NCBI GenBank assembly: GCA_029781975.1
Contig: JAKOVQ010000016.1
Span: 530,086-594,085, forward strand
DNA from: Acidobacteriota bacterium
GTDB taxonomy: Bacteria; Acidobacteriota; Thermoanaerobaculia; UBA5066
Reading direction: 5' to 3'
Length of the DNA: 64,000 nucleotides
Shown: one piece after another, positions 22,213-29,840 of the stretch
Position numbering within the stretch: position 1 is the first letter of the stretch
How the letters are laid out: each line of letters begins with the position of its first letter
Position numbers and translations under genes: made by a program
Notes under the pieces: generated by a model
The model's input: the letters and a program-made list of their open reading frames with translations, nothing else
Told to the model about the DNA's origin: nothing
The model's database searches: none

Positions 22213-22470
22213 CCTCTCGACCGAAGGCCACCCCGCGGGGTGGCCTTTTTCTCGGGCCGCGGAGGGGCTCGGGGAACCCGGGCTCGGGTTCCCCGGGACG
22301 GGTCGCCGTCCGTCAGACGGAGGGGATGAAGGTCCCGCGTTCGAATCGCGGCGGGCGCACCACCTCTCGACCGAAGGCCACCCCGCGGGGTGGCCTTTTT
22401 CTCGGGCCGCGGAGGGGCTCGGGGAACCCGGGCGCGGGTTCCCCGGGACGGGTCGCCGTCCGTCAGACGG
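22177..22470 (+). repeat. tandem direct duplication (2 x ~144 bp, period 150 bp, 1 mismatch) comprising the 3' 36 nt of tRNA-Arg + its terminator + ~75 bp
   Basis: 22177-22320 vs 22327-22470 identical except t/g at 22283/22433; second copy carries a partial tRNA-Arg (TGAAGGTCCCGCGTTCGAATCGCGGCGGGCGCACCA). Confidence 0.9.
22226..22252 (+). terminator. rho-independent terminator after tRNA-Arg (second identical copy at 22376..22402)
   Basis: Perfect palindrome GGCCACCCCG/CGGGGTGGCC followed by TTTTTCTC; duplicated 150 bp downstream within the tandem repeat. Confidence 0.8.
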
Positions 22471-22533
22471 GTCCCGCAGAGGTTTGGGCCGCGGGACCCG
22501 GCGCAACTACGATGCGGCCTGCAGGAGGTCCCG

Positions 22534-23076
22534 ATGCGCCACGTCCTGACTCTCGCAGCCGCCGGTTTCCTGGTCCTGGCCCCGCTCCAGGCGGCCGAGA
22601 CCCCCAAGCCCCTCGCCGCCGGGGACCCGGCTCCCGCCTTCTCGCTCCCGGGGTCCGACGGGAAGACCCACAGCCTCTCCGACTTCCTCGGGAAGGAGGT
22701 CGTCGTCCTCGCCTGGTTCCCGAAGGCCTTCACCGGCGGGTGAACGCTGGAGTGCAAGTCGCTCCGTGAGAGCGGCGACGAGCTCCGGGGGTTCCAGGTG
22801 GCCTACTTCGCGGCGAGCGTCGACCCGGTCGACCTGATCACGAAGTTCGCGAAGTCCCTCGAGGCGGACTACCCGATGCTGGCCGACCCCGACGGGACGG
22901 TGGCAAGGGCCTACGGCGTCGTCGCGCCGGACCGGGCGCGCCCGCAGCGCTGGACGTTCTACATCGGAAAGGACGGCAAGCTCCTCTACGTCGACCGCGA
23001 CGTGAAGGTGGGGACGGCCGGGGCCGACGTGGCGAAGCGGCTCGCCGAGCTCGGGGTGGCAAAGCGGAAGGGCTGA
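22534..23076 (+). CDS. secreted Bcp/PrxQ-type peroxiredoxin with in-frame TGA at the peroxidatic-Cys position (candidate selenocysteine-containing peroxiredoxin; alternatively nonsense-mutated pseudogene)
   Basis: ATG 22534 with GGAGG 8 nt upstream; ORFs 22390..22743 and 22798..23076 are the same frame split only by TGA 22741-22743; the 180-aa product is a signal peptide plus full Bcp fold. FPKAFTGG-[TGA]-TLECKSLRE aligns with E. coli Bcp YPKAMTPG-C-TVQACGLRD (recalled from memory). Confidence 0.65.
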
Positions 23077-23082
23077 CGCCGT

Positions 23083-24129
23083 TCAGCGGCGGGGCGTGAG
23101 CTCCTCGGCGACCCAGCCGCGGACGAGCTCCAGGGCCTCCCGGTCGGGGACCTTCGTCCCGAGCGGCGGCATCTGCGAGGCGGGGCGCCGCGAGGCCATC
23201 CTGTAGACCAGGGCGCTCCCGTCCGGGTCGCCGGGGGCGACGCGCAGGCTCCCGTGCCCCGACGCACCCGGGATGAGCCATCCCCCCTCGACCCCGACCG
23301 TGGTGGCCCGCGCGGGAGGGACGCTCCCTTCGCGCGACCCGACCAGCTGCCGGAGGAGGAGGCCGGTCGTCCCCGCCGGGTTGTCGGCGTTGTGGCAGGC
23401 GCCGCAGTTGCCGGAGAGGTAGCCGAGGACGGCCCGCTCGCGCGGCGTCGCCGCGGGGATCCTCGGCGGGCGCGCGACCCACTCGGGCCGCGCGGGCGAC
23501 AGGAGGCCCCGCTCCTCGAGCGCCGCGAGGGTCACCGCCCCCGGCCGGAGAGTCTCGGCGTGCGGGGCCAGCGGGTCGCGGTCGTCGGAGAGCTGCAGGG
23601 CGGAGAAGCCGAGGACCTCGACGCGCGCGCTCTCGTGGCAGGCGCGGCAGTCGAGGCGGCCGGGAAGATCGTGGCGGAGACCCGGGGCGATCTCGGCGGC
23701 TCCGGCGACGCCGTCGACGGGCGCGAGGATTGCCGCGGTTCCCGCGTCGTTCCAGACGTAGGTGGCGAAGACCCAGTCGTTCGCCGTGGCGCGCCAGAGG
23801 AAGCGGGTCTCGACGCGCCGCCCGCCGAAGGCGAACTCCTTCCAGAGCTTCGTCCCGACCGGGAACTCCCATGCGTCGGGGTCCGAGACGTCGATCGCCG
23901 AGCCGGGGGGGAGGAAGATCCAGCGCGCCTTGGCGGCGCCGTCGGTCCAGAGCGGGTACTGGGGCTGGTAGAAGAGGACGGACGGGGCGAGGCGGAGCGT
24001 CGCCGGGTCGGCGTAGAGCCCGGTCTCGGCGAGCGTCGGCGGGGGCTCCGGCGGGGCGCTCCCCGCCCCCGCCGCGCCCAGGGCGAGGAGTCCGAGGAGA
24101 AGCGCGGCGGGGCGGAGGGGCGTCGGCAC
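23083..24129 (-). CDS. secreted di-heme c-type cytochrome family protein (two CXXCH motifs)
   Basis: 348 aa; signal peptide [25 protein letters not shown]; heme-binding motifs CRACHE and CGACHN; convergent with the peroxiredoxin gene, ends 6 nt from its stop. Confidence 0.8.
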   Translation of the reverse strand: MPTPLRPAALLLGLLALGAAGAGSAPPEPPPTLAETGLYADPATLRLAPSVLFYQPQYPLWTDGAAKARWIFLPPGSAIDVSDPDAWEFPVGTKLWKEFAFGGRRVETRFLWRATANDWVFATYVWNDAGTAAILAPVDGVAGAAEIAPGLRHDLPGRLDCRACHESARVEVLGFSALQLSDDRDPLAPHAETLRPGAVTLAALEERGLLSPARPEWVARPPRIPAATPRERAVLGYLSGNCGACHNADNPAGTTGLLLRQLVGSREGSVPPARATTVGVEGGWLIPGASGHGSLRVAPGDPDGSALVYRMASRRPASQMPPLGTKVPDREALELVRGWVAEELTPRR

Positions 24130-24142
24130 CGGAGGCTCCCCG

Positions 24143-24709
24143 TCACTTCGCCGGAGCGGCCGGCTCGGGCGGGTCGACCGGCTGCGGGACGCGGTTCCTC
24201 ACGGCCGGGATCGTCCTGAGGTAGGCGTAGATCGCCTTCAGGTCGTCATCGGTCGCCTGGGAGATCCAGTAGACCGGCATCGGCGGGCGGACCGGGCGGC
24301 CGTGACCCATGTGGCGGCCCGTCCGGAAGGTCTCGAGGAAGGTCTTCTCCGTCCACTTGCCCAGGCCGGTCTCGGGGTCCGGGGTCAGGTTCGCGGTGAA
24401 GGTGATCCCCCAGGGCCCGGCGAAGGCGGTGTTCGTCCCGGTCCCCGACCAGACCCAGGCCCCGTCCCCGTGCGACGGGGCGGCGGGGACCCCGAACGAC
24501 TCGGGGTGGCCCGAGAGCATCCGGCCCATGTCGGGCTCGGGGCCCTTCGGTCCCATCTTCAGGGGGGTGTGGCAGTCGTTGCACGACATGATCCGCACCA
24601 GGTAGCCCCCGCGCTCCTCGGGAGACGCTCCGGGCGCCGGGGGGGCGGCGGAGGCCCCCGCTGACAGGGCGAGGAGGATCGGGAGGGTCAGGGTCGTCGT
24701 CGTTCTCAT
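24143..24709 (-). CDS. secreted mono-heme cytochrome c
   Basis: 188 aa; signal peptide MRTTTTLTLPILLALSAGASA; CNDCH heme motif; 13 nt upstream of the di-heme cytochrome gene (operon); AGGTGA RBS 5 nt before ATG. Confidence 0.85.
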   Translation of the reverse strand: MRTTTTLTLPILLALSAGASAAPPAPGASPEERGGYLVRIMSCNDCHTPLKMGPKGPEPDMGRMLSGHPESFGVPAAPSHGDGAWVWSGTGTNTAFAGPWGITFTANLTPDPETGLGKWTEKTFLETFRTGRHMGHGRPVRPPMPVYWISQATDDDLKAIYAYLRTIPAVRNRVPQPVDPPEPAAPAK

Positions 24710-24794
24710 CGCGTCACCTCGTGGCTCCTTCGACGCGTTGATACGGACGACGTTTCGCCCCTCTTCCTAAGGGGCGCCTACGCTCTCCCTAAGA

Positions 24795-24818
24795 GTTGCC
24801 TAAGCGCCGCCGGTGCGG
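24795..24818 (-). terminator. GC-rich hairpin downstream of malic-enzyme gene (candidate terminator, no T-tract)
   Basis: GCGGGCGCC-GGCGAC-GGCGCCCGC, 9-bp stem, 35 nt past the malic enzyme stop on the minus strand. Confidence 0.3.
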
Positions 24819-24852
24819 GCGCCGGCGACGGCGCCCGCACGGATTCCGACCG

Positions 24853-26649
24853 TCAGCGGCGGAGGAGGACCTCCTCCTCCAGGCGCGCGCCGACCCCGTC
24901 GATCGCGCGCTGCTGCCGCCGGACCTCGGCCTCGCCCCGCGGCTCGTACCGGATGGGGAGGTACTCGGGGAACCACATCGACCGCCGGACCGTCTCCTCG
25001 AGGTTGGCCAGGACCCCCGCGTCCGCGTGCCCCTCGGCCACGGCGCGCCGGACGACGGCGCAGGCGACGGCGTGGGAGCAGTCGCGGATCCGCGAGAGCT
25101 GCGGGTAGACGGCGTGCTCGGCGAGGTCGTCCGGGGTGACGCACGCCGCGAGCGCCTTGGCCGCGTCGAGGAACATCCCGTCGCTGACGTGGCGGGCCCG
25201 CGAGACGCAGGCGCCGAGGCCGACCCCGGGGAAGATGAAGGAGTTGTTGCACTGCCCGATCCGGTAGGTCGTCCCTCCGAGGGTCACCGGCGCGAACGGG
25301 CTCCCGGTCGCCACGATCGCCCGGCCGTCGCTCCAGGCGAGGGCGTCGGCGGCCGTGCACTCGGTCTTCGACGTCGGGTTCGAGAGCGGGAAGATCAGGG
25401 GCCTTTCGTTGAGCTTCGCCATCAGCCGGACGACGGCCTCGGAGAAGGTCCCCGGCGCCGCCGAGACGCCGACGAGGATCGTGGGGCGCGCGTTCGCGAC
25501 GGTCTCCTCGAGGGAGATCCGCGACCCGTCCCGGCACGTCCAGCCGGCGACCTCCTCGGGGTCGCGCGCGTAGAGCGCCTTGAAGTCCTCGAGCGCGGGG
25601 CGGTCCCGCGTCACGAGGCCCTTCGTGTCGACGGTGTAGACGCGCCGCCGCGCCTCCTCGGGCGTCAGCCCGTCCTCGACGAGCGCCGAGACGAAGAGGG
25701 CCGCGATGCCGTGGGTCGAGGCCCCCGCCCCGGCGAAGACGAGCCGCTGGTCCCGCATCGCGTGGCCGGTCATCCTCATCGCCCCGTAGATCCCCGCGAG
25801 GACGACGGCGGCGGTCCCCTGGATGTCGTCGTTGAACGTCGGCAGGGTGTGGCGGAAGCGGTCGAGCTGCTTGATCGCGTTCCCCTTCAGGAAGTCCTCC
25901 CACTGGAAGAGGACGTTGGGGTAGACCCTCCGGACGGCGGAGACGAACCGGTCGATGAAGTCCTGGTACTCCTGCCCGCGGATCCGCTCGTGCCGGAGCC
26001 CCAGGTAGAGCGGGTCCTTCAGCCTCTCCTCGTTGTCCGTCCCGACGTCGAGGGTGACGGGGAGGGTGGAGTAAGGGGAGATGCCCGCGCAGAGCGTGTA
26101 GAGGCAGAGCTTGCCGATGGGGATCCCCATCCCCCCGGCCCCCTGGTCGCCGAGGCCGAGGATCCGCTCGCCGTCGGTGACGACCATCACCGAGGGGTCG
26201 GTCGTGTGGTAGTTCCGGAGGACCCTCTCGATGTCGTTCCGCTGGTCGTAGCCGACGTAGAGGCCGCGGCCCCGGCGGTAGATGTGCGAGAACTTCTGAC
26301 AGGCCTCGCCGACCACGGGCGTGTAGACGACCGGCATCATCTCGTCGATCCGCTCGAGGCAGATCCGGTAGAAGAGGGTCTCGTTCCGGTCCTGGAGGCT
26401 CGTCATGTAGACGAACTTCTCGAGCGGCGTCGGCTTGGCGACGAAGTTCTCGTAGACGCGCTCGAGCTGCTGCTCGATGGTGCAGACGGCCGGCGGGAGG
26501 AGTCCGTGGAGGTCGAGCTCGTCCCGCTCGCGCGTGGTGAAGGCGCTCCCCTTGTTGGTGAAGGGATCCAGCAGCAGGGCCTTCCCCTTGACGGGGGTCG
26601 AGATGTATCGCTGCCATGTGGACGGGTCGACCTTGATCGAGAAGCTCAT
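24853..26649 (-). CDS. NAD(P)-dependent malic enzyme (large, MaeA/SfcA-type)
   Basis: 598 aa; hallmark blocks FTTRERDELDLHGLLPP, VYTPVVGEACQ, GLGDQGAGGMGIPIGKLCLYT, FNDDIQGTAAV, GAGASTHGIA. Confidence 0.95.
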   Translation of the reverse strand: MSFSIKVDPSTWQRYISTPVKGKALLLDPFTNKGSAFTTRERDELDLHGLLPPAVCTIEQQLERVYENFVAKPTPLEKFVYMTSLQDRNETLFYRICLERIDEMMPVVYTPVVGEACQKFSHIYRRGRGLYVGYDQRNDIERVLRNYHTTDPSVMVVTDGERILGLGDQGAGGMGIPIGKLCLYTLCAGISPYSTLPVTLDVGTDNEERLKDPLYLGLRHERIRGQEYQDFIDRFVSAVRRVYPNVLFQWEDFLKGNAIKQLDRFRHTLPTFNDDIQGTAAVVLAGIYGAMRMTGHAMRDQRLVFAGAGASTHGIAALFVSALVEDGLTPEEARRRVYTVDTKGLVTRDRPALEDFKALYARDPEEVAGWTCRDGSRISLEETVANARPTILVGVSAAPGTFSEAVVRLMAKLNERPLIFPLSNPTSKTECTAADALAWSDGRAIVATGSPFAPVTLGGTTYRIGQCNNSFIFPGVGLGACVSRARHVSDGMFLDAAKALAACVTPDDLAEHAVYPQLSRIRDCSHAVACAVVRRAVAEGHADAGVLANLEETVRRSMWFPEYLPIRYEPRGEAEVRRQQRAIDGVGARLEEEVLLRR

Positions 26650-26887
26650 GGGTCCTCCTGCCGGGCCGGGCGGAGCGGGCGGCCCGAGTCGAGACGGGGT
26701 GGCTCGTCGACTGCGGATTCCGGAGGCAGCCGGCTCGACGGGGGTCGGCGGGGTCCGCCCTCCTCCGGGTGCGGCGCGATTCCCACCGGAGCGGTTCTCC
26801 TCGAATCCAATCTGTGACCCGGCCCCGCGCCTGTCAACGAAGGCGGCGAGATGCGCGTAATCTGGCGAGGGCGATCGGAGCGCGGTC

Positions 26888-27251
26888 GTGGTGCGTCGCG
26901 TGGAGGGCTCGTTCGACGTGGTCGTCGCCGGCGCCGGGCCGGCCGGGGCGTGCGCCGCGCTCGTCTGCGCCCGGGCGGGTCGGCGCCCTTGAAGGGGGTT
27001 ACGGCTGGGTCTTCCCGAAGGCCGACCACCTGAACGTCGGGCTCTACCGGTACCGGAGGACCCGGGGGAACCGCGACCTCCGGCGTCTCCTCGCGGCGTT
27101 CCTCGCGGGTCACCCCCTCCTCCGGGGCGGGACGGTCCGGGAGGTGCGCGGCGGCCTCGTCCCCGTCGCCGCGGTCTCCCGGACCCTTGCCCTCCTCGCG
27201 GGCCGCGCGGACGCCGTCGGGCCCCTGCCGGCTCCTGACCCGGGGGCGTGA
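26888..27251 (+). pseudogene. remnant of a geranylgeranyl-reductase-family FAD-dependent oxidoreductase (internal deletion + frameshift)
   Basis: Frame A 26888-26992: VVRRVEGSFDVVVAGAGPAGACAALVCARAGRRP* (Rossmann GxGxxG N-terminus) joins directly, in another frame, to ...EGGYGWVFPKADHLNVGLYRY... (the GGYGW[VI]FP block that normally lies ~150 residues into GGR/ChlP proteins) through 27251. Confidence 0.55.
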
Positions 27252-27406
27252 CCCGGGTCTATGATGCTGTTGCCGCGACCGCGTCCCCCGCCCGGATGCG
27301 CGCGGCCCCGTCCGTCGCGGTGGCCGATCCCTCGGCCGGCTCCCCGCGGCCCCCGGTCGGACGGGCCCTTCCGCCCGGCAGAGCCGGAGAGACCGGGAGG
27401 TGCTTC

Positions 27407-27841
27407 ATGACCGCTGGGGGTCACTTCCGCTTCTACTCCATCACCCTGGGGCTCCTCGTCTGCGCCCTCGCCTCGTACCGCGTCTGGCAGCTCTGGACCC
27501 GGCCCGCGGTGGACACCTGGACGCCGGCGTCCTTCGCCCAGCCGCTCGAGACCGTCGCCGACCGCTTCGAGGTGCGCGTGGCGGGCGAGCCGATGACGAA
27601 GGTCGTCGCCGACGGAAAGCTGACGCGGCAGGCGGAGGTCGGAACCGCGCCCGTGCGGGCGGAGGATGTCACCGTCCGGGTCAACAACGCCGACCGGCAG
27701 AAGGCCGAGACCATCCCGCCGATGCTGGCGTTCGCGGCCGTCGCGGGAGGGGCGTTCGTCCTCTTCGTGATCGGCCTCTTCACGCCGGTCATCGGCTCCT
27801 TCCACCCGCGCGGCCTCGTCGACCTCCACCTCGAGACCTGA
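27407..27841 (+). CDS. small membrane protein (two TM helices), hypothetical
   Basis: ATG 27407 with GGGAGGTG 6 nt upstream; 144 aa; N-terminal TM (FYSITLGLLVCALASY) and C-terminal TM (MLAFAAVAGGAFVLFVIGLF). Confidence 0.6.
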   Translation: MTAGGHFRFYSITLGLLVCALASYRVWQLWTRPAVDTWTPASFAQPLETVADRFEVRVAGEPMTKVVADGKLTRQAEVGTAPVRAEDVTVRVNNADRQKAETIPPMLAFAAVAGGAFVLFVIGLFTPVIGSFHPRGLVDLHLET

Positions 27842-27961
27842 GCCGGACCGGTCCCCGGGGGCGGTGCGGGGCGGCCCGCCCCCGGCGCGCCGCCGGGCCC
27901 ATCCGCCGGGCCCGGACCGTCGGAAAGACTCCGTCGTCAGGGAGACGAAAGGAGCGGAGCC

Positions 27962-28909
27962 ATGAGCGGAAAGAAGGTCATCGCCGTCGTCGGGGCGACC
28001 GGGGCGCAGGGGGGCGGGCTGGTCCGCGCCATCCTCGAGGACCCTCAGGGCGGGTTCGCGGTGCGGGCGGTCACGCGGAAGGCGGGGTCGGAGAAGGCCC
28101 GGGCGCTGGCGGCCCGGGGCGCGGAGGTGGTCGCGGCCGACCTCGACGACGAGGCGAGCCTCGAGGCCGCCTTCCGCGGCGCGCACGGCGCCTTCTGCGT
28201 CACCAACTACTGGGAGCACTTCTCGCCGGAGAAGGAGCTGGCGCAGGTCCGGGGGATGGCGGGAGCGGCGAAGGCCGGGGGGGTGGCGCACGTCGTCTGG
28301 TCGACGCTGGAGGACTCGCGGAAGTGGGTCCCGCTCTCCGACGACCGGATGCCCACGCTGATGGGGAAGTACAAGGTCCCGCACTTCGACGCCAAGGGGG
28401 AGGCGAACGCCTTCTGGGCCGAGGCGGGCGTCCCCACCACCTACTTCCACACCTCGTTCTACTGGGACAACCTGGTCCACTTCGGGATGGGGCCGAAGAG
28501 GGGGGCCGACGGCGTCCTCGCCTTCGCCCTCCCGATGGCCGACCAGAAGCTCCCGGGGATCGCCGCCGAGGACATCGGCCGCTGCGCCTACGGCGTCCTG
28601 AAGAGGCCCGACCTCGTCGGGAAGACGGTCGGCGTGGCCGGCGAGCACCTGACGGGGCAGGAGATGGCGGACGCCCTGGGGGCGGCCCTCGGCGAGAAGG
28701 TCGTCTACTCCTACGTCCCGCCGGAGGTCTATCGCGGGCTGGGGTTCCCCGGGGCGGACGACCTCGGGAACATGTTCCAGCTCAAGCGGGACTTCAACGA
28801 GAAGTTCTGCGGCCTGCGGGACCTGGCCTTCAGCCGGTCGCTGAACCCGAAGCTCCAGACCTTCGCGGCCTGGCTCTCGGCGAACGCCGCCAGCATCCCG
28901 AAGGGCTGA
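27962..28909 (+). CDS. NmrA-family NAD(P)-binding protein
   Basis: 315 aa; AAGGAG RBS; N-terminal VIAVVGATGAQGGGLVRAIL Rossmann motif; NmrA-like fold signature. Confidence 0.88.
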   Translation: MSGKKVIAVVGATGAQGGGLVRAILEDPQGGFAVRAVTRKAGSEKARALAARGAEVVAADLDDEASLEAAFRGAHGAFCVTNYWEHFSPEKELAQVRGMAGAAKAGGVAHVVWSTLEDSRKWVPLSDDRMPTLMGKYKVPHFDAKGEANAFWAEAGVPTTYFHTSFYWDNLVHFGMGPKRGADGVLAFALPMADQKLPGIAAEDIGRCAYGVLKRPDLVGKTVGVAGEHLTGQEMADALGAALGEKVVYSYVPPEVYRGLGFPGADDLGNMFQLKRDFNEKFCGLRDLAFSRSLNPKLQTFAAWLSANAASIPKG

Positions 28910-28981
28910 CCGGGAGCTTCTCCGCAGACCTCGTCCCGCCGCCCGGTCTCTCCCGCGTCCCGGTCGCGGCGGCTGCCGCGC

Positions 28982-29836
28982 TCAGCCGGCGAGCGGGCCC
29001 GTCAGGTGCCGCTCGAACCAGTCGATCGCGGCCCGGGCCGCCTCCTCGAGGTGGGGCGTGGGGCCGGCCCACGGGTGGACGGCGCCGAAGGTGTGGCTCC
29101 CCCCTTCCACCGGGACGAGGTCGGAGACGGCGCCGGTGGCTGCCGCCAGGAGGGCCCGGCCCTCCTCGAACGGGACGGTCTCGTCCGCGGTGCCGTGGAC
29201 GATCCGCCACGGGGCCGGGACGCGGCGCGCCGCGGAGAGGACGTCGAGGCGGCCGCGGTTCGCCTCGACGTCCTCGAGGAGCTCGACGCCGAGGGGGAGC
29301 ATCTGCCCCGTCCGGGCGTTCAGGACCTCGTGGACGCCGGTCCGCCTCCAGCGCGCCAGGACGTCGTCCCCCGAGATCCGCTCGAAGGTCGAGACTGCCG
29401 AGAAGGTGACGAGCGCCCGGACGTCGGGCCTCTCGGACGCGGCGATGATCGTGGTCCCGCCGCCGCGGCTGTGGCCGAGGAGGCCGACGCGGGCGGCGTC
29501 GAGGGGCGCGCCCGGGAACGCGGTCGCGAGGGAGTCGAGGACGGTCGCCAGGTCGCCCAGCTCGATCGAGAGGGTGTTCCGGCGGAAGGCGTCGAGGTCG
29601 GTGATGTCCGGGACGTCGCCCCGGACCCCGTTGCGCGAGAAGTCGAAGTGGGCGGCGGCGAGGCCGGCGCCGGCGAGGCGCTCGCCGAGCCAGGGGTGGA
29701 AGCCCCAGTCCTTGAACCCCTTGAAGCCGTGGCAGACGACGACGACGGGGAACGGCCCGGCGCCGTCGGGGAGGCGGAGGTCCCCCCGGATCGGCTCGCC
29801 GAGAGGGCTCGTGAGGACGAAGGGCCGATGGATCAC
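28982..29836 (-). CDS. alpha/beta-hydrolase fold protein
   Basis: 284 aa; nucleophile elbow GHSRGG; HG oxyanion motif VVVCHGFKG; catalytic His near C-terminus. Confidence 0.85.
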   Translation of the reverse strand: MIHRPFVLTSPLGEPIRGDLRLPDGAGPFPVVVVCHGFKGFKDWGFHPWLGERLAGAGLAAAHFDFSRNGVRGDVPDITDLDAFRRNTLSIELGDLATVLDSLATAFPGAPLDAARVGLLGHSRGGGTTIIAASERPDVRALVTFSAVSTFERISGDDVLARWRRTGVHEVLNARTGQMLPLGVELLEDVEANRGRLDVLSAARRVPAPWRIVHGTADETVPFEEGRALLAAATGAVSDLVPVEGGSHTFGAVHPWAGPTPHLEEAARAAIDWFERHLTGPLAG

Positions 29837-29840
29837 GTCC

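Noticed and set aside
26646-26887. Possible sigma-70 promoter (TTGACA at 26832-26837, minus strand) for malic enzyme
   Set aside because: -10 element is weak (CAGATT) and ~150 nt from the start codon; kept only as a note.
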